Program-made: the position numbers and the translations under genes
Assembly: GCF_964355755.1 (NCBI RefSeq)
Contig: NC_092672.1
Coordinates: forward strand, 12,090,001 to 12,154,000
Reading direction: 5' to 3'
Length of the DNA: 64,000 nt
Source of the DNA: Antedon mediterranea
Taxonomy: Eukaryota > Animalia > Echinodermata
The notes under the pieces: generated by a model
Told to the model about the DNA's origin: nothing
Database searches by the model: none
What the model saw: only the letters and a program-made list of their open reading frames with translations
Shown: positions 42,501-57,500 of the stretch, in pieces
Layout: every line of letters begins with the position of its first letter
How positions within the stretch are numbered: position 1 is the first letter of the stretch

Positions 42501-45500
42501 TTGTGCTACCTCTTTGAGAAATTGTGCTACCCATTCGGAAAATTGTGCTACCTCTTTGAGAAATTGTGCTAACCATTCGGGGGGAAATTGTGCTACCTCT
42601 TTGAGAAATTGTGCTAACCATTCGGGGGGAAATTGTGCTACCTCTTTGAGAAATTGTGCTAACCATTCAGAAATTGTGTTACCCATTCGGGAAATTGTGC
42701 TACCTCTTTGAGAAATTGTGCTAACCATTCGGGAAGTTGTGCTACCTCTTTGAGAAATTGTGCAATCCATTCCGGAAATTGTGCTACCTCTTTGAGAAAT
42801 TATGCAATCCATTCGGGATATTTTGTGCTACCTCTTTGAGAAATTGTGCTAACCATTCGGGAAATTGTGCTACCTCTTTGAGAAATTGTGCTAACCATTC
42901 GGGAAATTGTGCTACCTCTTTGAGAAATTGTGCTAACCATTTGAGACATTGTGCTAACCATTCGGGAAATTGTGCTACCTCTTTGAGAAATTGTGCTAAC
43001 CATTCGGGAAATTGTGCTACCTCTTTGAGAAATTGTGCTAACCATTTGAGACATTGTGCTAACCATTCGGGAAATTGTGCTACCTCTTTGAGAAATTGTG
43101 CAATCCATTCCGGAAGTTGTGCTACCTCTTTGAGAAATTGTACGTACGGTATACCTATTTGAGAAATTGTGCTATCTTTTTCACATTTTTTCATCCCCTT
43201 CATAATCCATATTCCTATATCTTACCATGCACCAACTCATTCCAAATGTTAAAGGATACAAGATATACTGTGAAGGGATTTAATATATGTGCCAACAATA
43301 CTTTATCGCATTATACAGGTTCACATTTTTAGTCGCGTGGACGCGACTCTATAGTTCACTATGTCGGTCGGTCTGTCGGTCTGTCTGTCTGTCGGTCCGG
43401 TATCACTATGCATGTTATCGCTTTCTGACCTTATCTTGATATCAGTTTAATCTTAAGTCAATTTTTCACAGTATATTCCTTATGGCCAGGAATCGATGTG
43501 GTTATGTTTTCACGGTGCGCAATAAAAAATTACGCGGTCTACGCACGATTTAACGAAATCACGTTTGTAATCATATCTTCACAACCATGAATCACAATTA
43601 AATAAAATTTGGTACTCGTAAATTTCAGGGCATAAATCATCATATGGCAATACAATTACGTGCGTAGCGCATGTAACGCATGCGTACGCGCGCTTAAAAT
43701 TTTCAAAATTTATTTTCGATGAAATAAGAGTACGTTTCAGGCAATTTTAAGCGTTTACAAAATTGCCATGAGTGCGCAGATTTTTGCGCGCGCACTGTGC
43801 GCGTTAAATGTTATTGCGCACTCTTTTTGCCCGATTTCTGTTTTCTTGACTTAGTTTTTAACTAGAAATTACGTTATATGAGCACGTCAAAAGTGACAGG
43901 CTACGCACGTGTAAATTAAAAAAATATAAATGTTTTTAAACATTTCAACATTTTTACACATGTTCAGTAATTTCGATCAGTGTACTTCACTATGTCGGTC
44001 GGTCTGTCGGTCTGTCGGTCGGTCCGGTATCACTATGCATTGTAGTAGCACGCGACTTAATGGCTGTTGGCCTTGTTTTTTAACGGACAGGAATTTTTTA
44101 AGAATAAATACTCTATAAAATTTAATTCAAATTAGGCCCATAATATATGTTAAAGTGGAGCTCCACCCAGAAAATTACTATTTTTCATACATTTCAACTA
44201 TTATTTAAAAATATCATCCCCCATACTTCATATTTTTTTGAATTTTTTTTCAATGAGTACGAGTTTCTTGAAAATCACGCCTTTTTGCGTTTTGGGGGGA
44301 TACCTTGTAATTTCCTATTCTTTTACATGCAAAAGGGGGGTATATTTGAATAATCCTAAAAAATTAATTTCTTCACTAAAAAAAAAATTTTAAATGTAGT
44401 TTTATGTAATTTTTCCAGATCTTTCTATTTCTGGTATAGTTATCGCGTATACATTGCGCAATTTTGCGTAAATAGACACTTTCCCCCTTTCGGGTCCAAT
44501 TGGGTTTTTTATTTTGCTAGGGAGTATGATCACGTGACATTTTTCACAATCACACTACTGCAGCTGGCGATCTGTTATTTTGTCGCGATGTTATTTTTGA
44601 CGGGCAAAAAGTATATTAAAACATTCTGAATTTGACCCTATCATGTTTCACAGTGTAATAATGTGATTATGAGACTTAATACTAAAATGTCAAATCTAAC
44701 GAGATTTGAGAAAGATGTGGCTATATATTCAATAAAGCTAGGCCTAGGCCTACTAGAGTGTAGGTATGTACCGATGCTGCTTGGGCTCCAGCTGCTAGGC
44801 TGACACTCAGCAGTGAAGTTTGTTCTGCTGTCACCCAACCTCGGCCTACCCATATGGGCCATGATAGGGTGCCTGAATAGTTGCTTTTCAGTCAGGCCTA
44901 AGCTTCCACATCGCTTTACTACTCTTGTTCTGTATAGGATTTTGTGTTTCACAATTCTAATGTGCGAGAAAACCCAGGAATGATAAATGGGGCGAAACGA
45001 CCAAGAATTTTCAAACCCATGAATGCATATAGGCCTAGACAAAAAATTCAAGGCTAGCTAGGCTGAGCAGACGGCTTAGCTAGGCCTAGCTTAAAGTTAA
45101 TAAACAATCTGATAAGATTATTATGCTGTTGTTGTACAGTGCAAATCATGAGGTTACAATACATGTAAATTATACCAGGGAGTTGCTCCCTGATTATACT
45201 GACATTTTTATCGGAAATATTACTTAGGCCTAAAACAAATCGTATAAAATGTATTCCCAATTTTTCGACACATAATTTACCAAAGGGGAGACATTTCACC
45301 CATGCGTTCACCGGCGACTAAAACGCGTCAGTTGCTAAGTGTAACGCGTTTTGCGACGTATTGTAAACTAATAACCCCTAAGTTACTGAAAAAGTGTAAT
45401 GTATTAAAAAACACTATTTTCTGACCGATTTTTTTAAAAACGAGTTTTTGGAAAATATTTCCGTATTTTCCCTGTTTTTTTTATGTAATCACTTTCATTT

Positions 45501-48500
45501 AAACATACTTAAACATAATATAAGCTGAGAAAGTCTGAGTGTAGCTCCACTTTAACATGGCAATTGTTAATTTTCAAATTAAAATAAATATATAGCATGC
45601 ACATACAGATTCTATTCAGTGTATTAATTACAGTAACTGATTTTTTAGTTAATCGTTAAAATAATGATATCCTGGCCTATAACAAAAATGTTCCATCTGT
45701 AACATTAACAACCATTTTTTAATATTTACTTAGACCTAATCTATTGATTACAATTCAGGAGTTACAAATTAAGAGTTAACATTTTTGGTATCATTACTTC
45801 ACACAACTTAGACAAACAAATGTCACATTAATGTGTAATAAAAACTGAACTATTATGTATTGAGAAAAACATCAATATATATTTCCTCCATAAATGTGCA
45901 TACAATTGGGGTATACTCAAGAAAAGGGATTTATAATTGAGACATAAAGTAACTATTATATAAAATATGATTATAAAATACAGTATTTAATTGTTTGCTT
46001 ATAATTTGAAATAGTATTACTGTACTATTTATTATAGGCCTATATATTTAACATTAGAGTGGTGGCAAATCCATAGAGATCATTTTGAGATCTCAGCTGA
46101 AGAACATGAAATAGTTTATAAATATAGTTTTAATTTCAAGTTTTTGCTTTTCCAGCGATTTTAGTCTGGATGCACAAAACACACATTTTTATTTTAAACT
46201 CATCTCTACAGTTCATTCTTTGGCTCCCTGCTATTAGATTAGAACTGACCTTGCTAACCACAAGGCCACTTGCATTCTTAAATTTTGTGTGCAAAAAATT
46301 TACCCATGGTATAATGGTGGTTTCTAAATACAATGAGTGACCAATTCCAAAATAGGCTGTGCATTGCAGCCAATCAGAAGCAAGGAAGGCTGAGCCTGGA
46401 AGATGAACAAGGTGTTACGTGATTTATTAATTGACTAAGACATTAATGACTGGCTTTAGGCAAAAATAAACAAGTAAGATGCCAGAGGCAAAAGCTCACG
46501 CTAAACAGGGCTCGTTCTCCTAATGATCATCATATAGTTGGTGGATTTCCCATTTGTTTCATTTGATAAAAGTAGTATATTTATGTCTTTGCTCATATGA
46601 TTGTTTAAAACTAACACAATCAAGTTTCCCAATCTTTTTGCTCAGGGCTTTCTTAACAAAAGTAGGGCTTTCTAATAATATGAACGTATTATCAATTGTA
46701 CTGTATCTGTGTATAAACCCCACTTGATCTTCATGTATGATATTATTTAGTTATACCCATTTCTTAACTCCTTTTTTATATCATTCGTGTTATTATTGGG
46801 TACAGTATTAAGTAACATATTGATCTGTAGTTTTTAACATTATTTGTGTTGTTTTCTTTTTGAATGTGAACTCGAATTAGTTAAATAAACCTCAATATTT
46901 ATTATTTTTAAAAAACAGTTTTTATAATGTAGAGAATATTCGTGGACGGTCTCTTAAAACTTGAAGTCGTTAGTTTAGGGATCAATTTAATTTAAGGTGG
47001 TTAATGCGGTCTATGACTTATTGTAATGGTAATGGGGCGTGTTCTTTTTTGTTAGGACATGTGTTTAAATGTGATTATGCCAGCCATCACATATTATTTT
47101 AGTGTAACTAGTTAGTTCTTTGACATTTTTAAATCTCTCTCAAAAGCCTTTTCCATTTTGCTTTAATGTTGTTAAAATATGTTTCTGTCATTCGTTCCTT
47201 TCGTATGCTATTTTGTTTCCTTTTTAATTAGTACTTTGTGTATCTGTTTACTTTCAGTTCTTTTAGTAGCCTCAGTTATTGTCTCTATGAATCTGTTTAA
47301 GTTCCTTTTAATGTCATGACATGACATTCAGCATCGAATAAGGGTTTATTTTTGTTTTGTGTATTTGTACTGCTAATGCGTGGTATTATTCTCCTTCCTT
47401 CTGCGTCATAATGCAGATGTCCCAACTAATAAACCACATAGCGCGCTCATTGTATTTGATTAGCTGAAAAAACATTATTACAATATTATTTATTCACTGT
47501 AAAACTGATTATTTACCTTATTTGTTGATGTTACTGATGCACCGTGTGTTAAAAGAATATTCACTATCTCTAACTTACAACAGTAAGAGCTTAGGTATGC
47601 ACTTAGCACTGTGTCTCCATCCTGAAAACAAATTAAAATGGCTGATGAATAGGCGGGTATGGTTACCACTTTACCTTTTAAATATTGTCAAGATATTATC
47701 AATATTAACTCGTTGGCTTACTATTATCTACGTATGGTTTCAAATCGATGTCCGGTGTTTGTTGCGTGCGTGCACGATTCTACAAGGTCAAGGTCCTATA
47801 CCATTACATGCTACTTGTAGCGTGGGGTTAACTCGTTGGCTAATACTATTATGTACAGACATATATATTTTGAACAATTTGACATCAAATACAAAATACA
47901 GCTGTCTATATACTACAAGCCGTTAACCGATTTTTTAAAAATTGGCGGCCATCTTGTTAACATAAAATGTTGAACCTTTGCGGTAATCCGATTTGAGTAA
48001 ACTTTTGATATATATTTTTTAGACCATATTTTATTGTAATAATACATAAAAAACCATTTTCTGGCATTTTTTGTGGAGTAATGCAACAGTTTTACTCGAC
48101 TATCAATTAAACCAGCTTACTGTACTTGTTAAAACTGGGCTCTGATTTGTAAATTTTACACTCGTATTTATATAGTATTTAAATTTACATAAAAAGCAGT
48201 TTTTTATGACCTGACCTTGGGCGAAATTAGATCGAGAAACATAACTATGTTCCTTCCTTCCTTCCGAACTAGACTCATAATATTCCAATATTGTATTACT
48301 TAGTGTAGTTAGTTCAAACAGGAACATGTTAACACTATCTCAAATTACAACTTAAATTAACTGTTTTCAATCGAATTAATTTTGAGCTGAGATATTTTCA
48401 TTAATTGCATTGTTTCCTCATCCTTCTTGGTTTTGAATAACTTGCTCCTGAATTACCAACTATGGTAATACTAACTAGCATGGTTGACCGTGCAAATAGT

Positions 48501-51500
48501 CACTACCGTAATTACTTTTAAAGTGACCGGAAGATGCATGTAATTAAATTTTTTTATTGGCATGGTTTACTGTACTGTACGCATACTTCTCTGTGTTCAT
48601 AATAAATAGAATTCGATAGCGAGAATAAAAAAAAACAAGGTTACATACATGGTTGCAGTCGCGTGCTCAAATTTGAGTTAGTTTTTACCGACCGACCAAC
48701 CGGCCATCCGACCAACATAATGAGCTGTAGATTCGACAGGCGATAGAAAACAAGGGAATTAGATGCCTTGTTAATCGTATTGTTTGCAGTCGCGTGCTCA
48801 AATAAACAAGAAACATAAAGGACAGGCAAACACAGAGATCAACACAAGAAAAGGGTGAGTAACTAATCTACACTCTAATTACCATAATTATACTTTCATA
48901 CTGACAGTGGCATTTATTTTATACATTGATATTTCTTGTTGATACTTGTATTATGATATTATTAATTCTAATAGTTAAGTCTACAATGTTATTAGCTTAA
49001 TTAATTTACAGCCTGGCCACTCCCTATTTTTATTCAAGGATTTTATTCAATAAAACGAAAATTTACATAGTAGCCAAAGGCTAAATTGTGTAAAATTTTT
49101 CAAAATATTGCACACATAAAAAAGTTGTCATATTAAAAAAACATCTTATATTAAAATGGAATTAGATAAAGTACATAATATGAAAATGAGAAAAACAGTG
49201 AAAAAATCAAAGAAATTGATACAAATCATAGCCTAATAAAATATCTGTATTAAAACTTATGTATTATTTGTTTATTATTTCACATTGGTTGATGAAGGCT
49301 ACTTTGGCTAAATGTAATTATTCTTTATTATTCAACAGGTTAATTAGGTATAGTAAAGGGCTATTTTTATATCGTTTAGTTTTACATTTTATTTGTTGAT
49401 ATGGGTTGATCTTTCTTAAGTTGTACGGTTTACTTCTAGTATAAATAAAATATGCTAACTTTTCGAGGTCTTCAGCAAACCTTAGACATAGGTAATTATT
49501 ACTTCTAGTAGAGATGGTTTCTAAATTACATACACTGAGAGCATTTTCATTGCTTATATAGTTTATAACAAGAATTATTCTAAGTACCCTCTTTTGTATT
49601 GCTTCCAATTTATCAATCTGATTGTTCGTTATGCCAGAATTCCAAACAGGAACAGCATACACAAAAAGAGGTCTAATATAACCCATGGTAATTAGGTCAT
49701 CTTTATTAAGCTGGAATTTCTTAAGTAAATATATATGTTACTGTTCACTTTTAAGATGTTAAATATATGGGCATTCCATTTTAGATCAGAACTAATCAAT
49801 AAACCTAGGATTTGCATACAAGGTACAATCTTTAGTTGCTTATTATCTATTTGCGGAACAGTGTAGTAGTAGGAGGGGATATTGAAAAATCAATAAGCAT
49901 AGCAGCACATTTGCCCGCATTCAGTTTCATATTATTATCGCATGACCATCTCCCAATGGCATTTAAATTTGTTTGCATGTTACCTGGTGTACCAATTCTA
50001 TGATTGTCAATTAAAGTCATAACATCTACATATTTTAAGTATTAATATTACTGTTGGTAATCAGATACGGTAGTATTCATTTACACATTGTGATCTAATT
50101 TTATTGATATAATTTTATGTAATCATAAATTTAATCAGATTTATTATTTGTTTATCAGATTGAATTTATTTGTAGTATTTGCTATTGAAAAATAAAAAAG
50201 AACGGTATTTTGGAAACCAGTTTCGGCAGTTGTTTATAATAAAGATCGCGTTGCAACTCAATTTTTACTCCAATAAAACCGGTTCCGTCCATGTGCGATG
50301 CAATTACGAGGTTCGTAATAAAGATGAGAGGGAGACTATCCGCAGTCGGAAGAAGACTCACATGTTGTAAAGCGTGTGAAAGACGAGTTCAACTTGACAA
50401 TATCGGAGGGTGCGACGTACCTATACTTTAACCAAGGACCACAATAGCATTTCAGGCAATAATGATAGGATTACCTGCCCCTTATATGACGAAATGGATG
50501 CAATTCTTGGGGATCGCGCTATGCCTCGATCCAATCGCGCTTCCGCCTAATGAACTGCATTATGGTATATAATAACATCATTCATAGCGAACGCACATGG
50601 ACGGGACGCTTTATTTTTTTTCCTATCCCATTAAGGCAGAAATCATGAATAATTCATTAGAATAATTATGACATAATATGGCACATTATAGAGGGCGCTA
50701 TATAAGCATGCAAAGAGATAAAATAATTTGTGTAAACATCTTTTGCCAACCGAAATGTTTGGTTTAGTGGTAAAGGCTTTAACCTACCTATTACACTTGA
50801 GCCCTCAGTTCAAGGTCTTTCAAGAACATGTCTTTTTTTAAATAGTTTAGAGAGATTATTTAGAGGGTTAGTGTACGCGATTGGCGTACCATACTTACAT
50901 GGGGTTTTGGACAGCGTGGTGTGTTCAAACAGGTTGGAGGTATATTCAGAGCGTCATTTCGACGATCGAGCATTCTCTACTTCTACGGAGCGCCATTTAT
51001 GCCTTTATTTACTTCCAAATTAGAAATAGTACTACGGTAACTGCTCCAGTGGACCAAATTTAGCACCGGTGGAGCACAGTGATATAAAATAGAAATAAGT
51101 CACTAATTTTAATATCTTTTCGTATGTAAATACAATGTGCTCAAGTGGACCCAATTTGGAGCCAGGGGAGAACAATAATATAAAATAGAAATAAATCACT
51201 GAATTTTAATATCTTTTCGTATGTTAATACACTGTGCTCAAGTGGACCCAATTTGGAGCCAGGAGAGCACAGTGATATAAAATAGAAATAAGTCAATGAT
51301 TTTTAGTATCTTTTCGTATGTTAATACACTGTGCTCAAGTGGACCTTCAGAGCGTCGCGAACGTTCTGAAGGTTTCGCAAATACGGTTTACAGTTCAGGA
51401 AGTGTGCAAAATCAAGGAACAGTTTCAGCTATGCCAGCTACAGTTGCTGTTGCACGTAAAATCAAGAACTGTATATTTTGTAATAGGACAAATCATAGCT

Positions 51501-54500
51501 CATGGAAATGTAGACAACTTAGATCGATGACACATACTGAGAAATCGAATGCGATTAAGGAAGCACACGCCTGCTTCAAATGTTTGAACACTAGTCACTT
51601 TGCAAGGAAATGCAGTTTCAAATGTCGCAGTTGTATAAACGGACCTCATCATGAAATTATCTGCCAGAAAGGAACAACACAGACAGCCACTCCGGTTCCA
51701 GTTTCCACAGAACCAGTAGTCCAAGCTGCAACTACAGAACCATTAGTCCAAGCTGTAACTACAACTCATTCTAACACTGACATTCCTCATAGTCATACTG
51801 TCTTACAGACTGCTAAAGTCAGAGTTAAAGGTAGTAAAGGTGACTGTCTAGTAACTGTCATGTTTGACACAGGTTCTGATAACACGTATGTATCAAGTAA
51901 TGTTGTAAATAAGGTAGGACCTGTATGGTTAACATCCAAATCATTTGCATTTGCTGCCTTTGGTGAAGGTAAGCCCTCCCAAAGTGAAACTAGGAATATT
52001 TACAAATTAAATGTGGAAAATAAATATGGTGGGTGGGAAATAATTAATTGCATTGAAGTTAAATCGATATGTGCACCCATGTTTAGAGCTAAGGTTCCAC
52101 AGTCCTTCTTGAAAGCAGTAGCCCATCTCCCATTAGCAGATGACTATGACAAAGAGAGGTAGATCCATGTTAACATTTTAGTGGGCTTAGATTATCATTG
52201 GCCATTTATGGGACGTGGCATACACAATCTTCCAGAGGGTCTGGTAGCCCAAGACACTGTTTTCGGTTGGGTTATCTCAGGGAGATGGAATTTGAATGAC
52301 AATATAAATGTTACTCGTAATCATAATGTTAATGTATCCCCACAGTTGCTTTGCATTACAGACATACCCGATGACAGATTGAACAAATTCTGGGATCTAG
52401 AAACAATTGGAGTAAAACCAAGTGATGGAGTGCAAGATGCTGTACTGAAAGAGTTCAATGAGAGCATACGTCTGGTGAATGAGAGATATGAAGTTAAGTT
52501 ACCATGGAAAGAGGGTATGAAAGAGTGCCTTCAAAATAATAGAGAGATAGCCAAGGTGAGGTTAAATAGTCTGAGTAGGAGGCTTGCTAAAGACAAAGAA
52601 TTAGGTTAAAAATATGAGGCCTCTATCTCTGAAATGGAAAGATTAGGCATAATTGCTGAAGCTGACACCACAGATAGTGGTATTGTTTATTACCTTCCCC
52701 ATTACCCAGTAGTGAAAGATGCCAGTTTTACAACCAAGGTTAGGGTGGTATTCGATTCCTCTACTAAATGCAATAATGGGATTTCACTGAATGATTGCCT
52801 AGAAACGGGGCCCCCCTTATACCAGGACTTGTTGACATTTTTATTACGGTTCCGAAGGTGGAAAATTGGATTAACCTCTGACATTACAAAGGCATTTTTT
52901 GCAAATCAAGGTCCATAAGGATGACCAAAATATCTATAGGTTTCTTTGGAAAAGGGAGGACAAAATCAGAACAATGAAATTTCTGAGAGTGCCATTTGGC
53001 CATGCTAGTAGCCCTTTTTTATTAAATGCCACAATTCGCCACCATTTGACAAAGTACCCAAGTTGCCTCCCCATTACAGAACTATTAAGGATAACCTTTA
53101 TGTAGATGACTGGCTCACAGGAGCTGACTATTATGAGGATGCATTATTATTGTTTCAACAGGCAAAAGAAATCATGGCCCAAGGGAAATTCCCCCTCACA
53201 TCCTGGAACTCTAATAACACAAAGATTATTGAAAATGTTCATCTGGTTTGTAGGTATAAGTATATTGGAAATATTCTTTTTTTCAAATCAATAATTAGTA
53301 AAACTAACCTTGACAGTGTCGCTGTCCTGCTGATCGGACAGCTTCTTCAGAAATAATGACGATTATCACATGTATGACCCTGTCATTAAACAGAATAGGC
53401 CCTCTAGAGGTCAGTCTGTTTGATGATAGCAAAGCAAAGATAGTGTAGAGTAGGAAGATGTTACACTTCGCTTAAAAATTAGAGAACCGCTCTAGATAGG
53501 GCGCCTCTCACGACAAGTAGGGATAGACGAATCTCAAACATAAGGAGCGCAATGGCAAAGCCCAATGAAAATGGTGTTTTCGGCAATAAATTGTAAAAAT
53601 AAGCCACAAAAAACAAAACAAAAACTTCTTTTTTGTCTTTATTATACAAATTTAAAAATTAATATGATGTTTTCATACTGTTTTTGGATCTTTTTAATTG
53701 TTAATACATTTATTTGGAGTGAGTTTTGGCATGATATGACTGTAAACACTGAGATAGGATCAGGAGGAGGCTTACGCGCGCCTGTAGACGCATTCATGAA
53801 TGGATGCTGGTCATCTCGTACCCAAACCAACCCGTACCCAAACCAACCCGTACCCATAAAAACTCTTACCCATCTTGGTAAACCCCAGTCAAGTCTGAAG
53901 TCATAATGCAAATTTTACAGTATACAGTATTGTTGTTGGCAAACAATATATGATTTATGAATAAATATATTTTCTATAAAGCAATTTCTATAAAACTCTA
54001 GGGGTAGAATCTTTAAATTCATTTCTATAGTAGAAATTATCTGTTTCATCTATAGATTAACATAGAATTCTAAAACTTCTATTGATAGAACATTTTTTGT
54101 AAGGGTAGTATAATGAAAGGGGGTAAAGTAGGCCTCCCCATGGATATTTTTTCCTTTATATAACCTTACTAATAATGAACTTATTGGCTTATAATTAATA
54201 TTATCAATAATGTTAGGCGTTACAATCATGGCATATAAAATTACGTTGAATGCACGAAAGTTCAGAGTGTTACAAGCATAACGGTTACAGTATTATTTCA
54301 GTAAAAAAACATACCGTACTCGTAGTCCTAAATTCCTATAATGTTCAGTGTATGCAGATCGACTATTTGTATAATATTATTGATTACAATAAATATTGAT
54401 TGATTGATTGATTATTGATTACATGGCATACTACCTATTCTCTTTTATTACCCTTAGAAATAAACCATACGTAATCGATTATTATATAGGCATACACATT

Positions 54501-57500
54501 GTACCTTTTTACCACTAGGCTCCTAATATATTTATTCACTCTGATGAAGAAGTGTTTCTAAAGCTAGGTATTAAATTCTCTATCTCTGTCCAATGATAAA
54601 CAATTAAATGTAAATAATTTAAAAAAGTTCAATTGATTTGATGATAATAAAAACATTAAAATAAAAGAAAAAATACGGGTAGATAAATTCCAGGTACCTA
54701 AACAATTCCAGGTAATTGAAACACAAATTTGTATTCCTAAGCATATACATATTATTCATTTGCACTTTCTATAAAGATAACATTACATTTTATATGTTAA
54801 TTCGTATTAAATCTTAATTTTACAATCATATTATTCTACTGTTATAATAGCCTATTTCCTATACAATAACTTTCCGTATCCCTACTCGACGTGCGAGGCG
54901 CCATTTAAATTTAGCTCCATGTTGTCTCGCTTTTATTTGCATTGAACGAATAGGAAGTGTAACATCTTCCTACTACACTATCTTTGATGGTAGATCGTCA
55001 TTATTTCTGACGCAGGTTGGGTTGAAACGTTGTCATGTTATGTTATGTTGAAGTATAGAGTATTTAATAAACTTCACTTTACTGATAATAGTGGTCGATA
55101 TATTTATTCGAGTCAGTAAAAGTTAGGTTTAGTATATTTAAGAAGTAGATCAGCTATCTTACAATTTTTCACTCTGATGAAGAAGTGTTTCTAAAGCTAG
55201 GTATTAAATTCTCTATCTCTGTCCAATGATAAACAATTAAATGTAAATAATTTAAAAAAGTTCAATTGATTTGATGATAATAAAAATATTAAAATAAAAG
55301 AAAAAATACGGGTAGATAAATTCCAGGTACCTAAACAATTCCAGGTAATTGAAACACAAATTTGTATTCCTAAGCATATACATATTATTCATTTGCACTT
55401 TCTATAAAGATAACATTACATTTTATATGTTAATTCGTATTAAATCTTAATTTTACAATCATATTATTCTACTGTTATAATAGCCTATTTCCTATACAAT
55501 AACTTTCCGTATCCCTACTCGACGTGCGAGGCGCCATTTAAATTTAGCTCCATGTTGTCTCGCTTTTATTTGCATTGAACGAATAGGAAGTGTAACATCT
55601 TCCTACTACACTATCTTTGATGGTAGATCGTCATTATTTCTGACGCAGGTTGGGTTGAAACGTTGTCATGTTATGTTATGTTGAAGTATAGAGTATTTAA
55701 CAAACTTCACTTTACTGATAATAGTGGTCGATATATTTATTCGAGTCAGTAAAAGTTAGGTTTAGTATATTTAAGAAGTAGATCAGCTATCTTACAATTT
55801 TTCACTCTGATGAAGAAGTGTTTCTAAAGCTAGGTATTAAATTCTCTATCTTTGTCCAATGATAAACAATTAAATGTAAATAATTTAAAAAAGTTCAATT
55901 GATTTGATGATAATAAAAATATTAAAATAAAAGAAAAAATACGGGTAGATAAATTCCAGGTACCTAAACAATTCCAGGTAATTGAAACACAAATTTGTAT
56001 TCCTAAGCATATACATATTATTCATTTGCACTTTCTATAAAGATAACATTACATTTTATATGTTAATTCGTATTAAATCTTAATTTTACAATCATATTAT
56101 TGTACTGTTATAATAGCCTATTTCCTATACAATAACTTTCCGTATTCCTACTCGACGTGCGAGGCGCCATTTAAATTTAGCTCCATGTTGTCTCGCTTTT
56201 ATTTGCATTGAACGAATAGGAAGTGTAACATCTTCCTACTACACTATCTTTGATGGTAGATCGTCATTATTTCTGACGCAGGTTGGGTTGAAACGTTGTC
56301 ATGTTATGTTATGTTGAAGTATAGAGTATTTAATAAACTTCACTTTACTGATAATAGTGGTCGATATATTTATTCGAGTCAGTAAAAGTTAGGTTTAGTA
56401 TATTTAAGAAGTAGATCAGCTATCTTACAATTTTTTATAAAAGAAAATAATTAGGTTAATGAATTATTCATGATTTCTACCTTAATTGGATTGGAAAAAA
56501 AACAATGCGGACGTGAGTTGCAACGCGATCTTTATTTATAAACAACTGCCGAACACGGTTTCCAAAAAACCGTTCTTTTTTATTTTCAATAGAAACAGGC
56601 CCTTAAGTTTTACTGTCACTGTCATAATGAATGATGTATGTTGAATTGTGTTTCATTGATTCTCGCCTCCTGCACACTGGATGCAAGAAGCTTTTCACAA
56701 CTATGTTCCCTGAAAATAAAGTTTGCAATGGATCACAAGAAACTTTTAACACTTATAGTCAGGGTCCTCGTGTATTTCCGTAGGATTTTAATGCCCAAAG
56801 TGAGATTTCACTTGATTTCACTTTATTATGGTGCTAGGATACCAAAAATGCTAGGTAACAAATTTTCACGATCCCGTAACCATGGTAACAGCCCCAAATT
56901 CAAAATGGCGACCAAATGACCATATCTCCATAACCCTTTGAACTAAATGCAACCGGAAATGCTATTTTCTGTACTATTGACCCTTGACCTTGACTCGTAC
57001 TGTATCTTAAAAACGGCTGGTAATAGAAATTTAAAAATGGTCTCAAATTGCTCAGACTTTATATATTTATATTTATTGTAACGCAATATTTTGTTAAAAA
57101 ATGTCCGGAAGCAAAGTTATTGACCTTTGACATAGAGAAAAGCTTACAAGAATTTTTATTCCGTAGTCTATGGTCATATCTCCATAACCCTTTGGTCTAT
57201 TGACAAGATATTGGCATCAAAATACTCGGAATAAATCATATATTTATATTCGTTGTAATAGAACATTTTTACTAAATGTAACCGGAAATGCTATTTTTCT
57301 GCACTATTGACCCTTGACCTTGACTCGAACTGTATCTAAAAAACGGCTGATTATAGAAATTTAAAAATGGTCTCAAATTGCTCAGACCATGCATATTTAT
57401 ATTGATTTTAATGCAACATTTTGTTAGAAAATGACCGGAAGTAAAGTTATTGACCTTTGACCTAATAAACATGAACTTTATGTATATAAACATTTATCTA

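Larger units (their letters stand above)
28959..53836. repeat. Head-to-tail 12.44-kb tandem segmental duplication (28959-41397 and 41398-53836)
   Basis: ORF track repeats at offset 12439 (12438 after a 1-nt indel); junction ...AACCCGT|AGTAGTCAAG; only three differences noticed. Confidence 0.97.
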
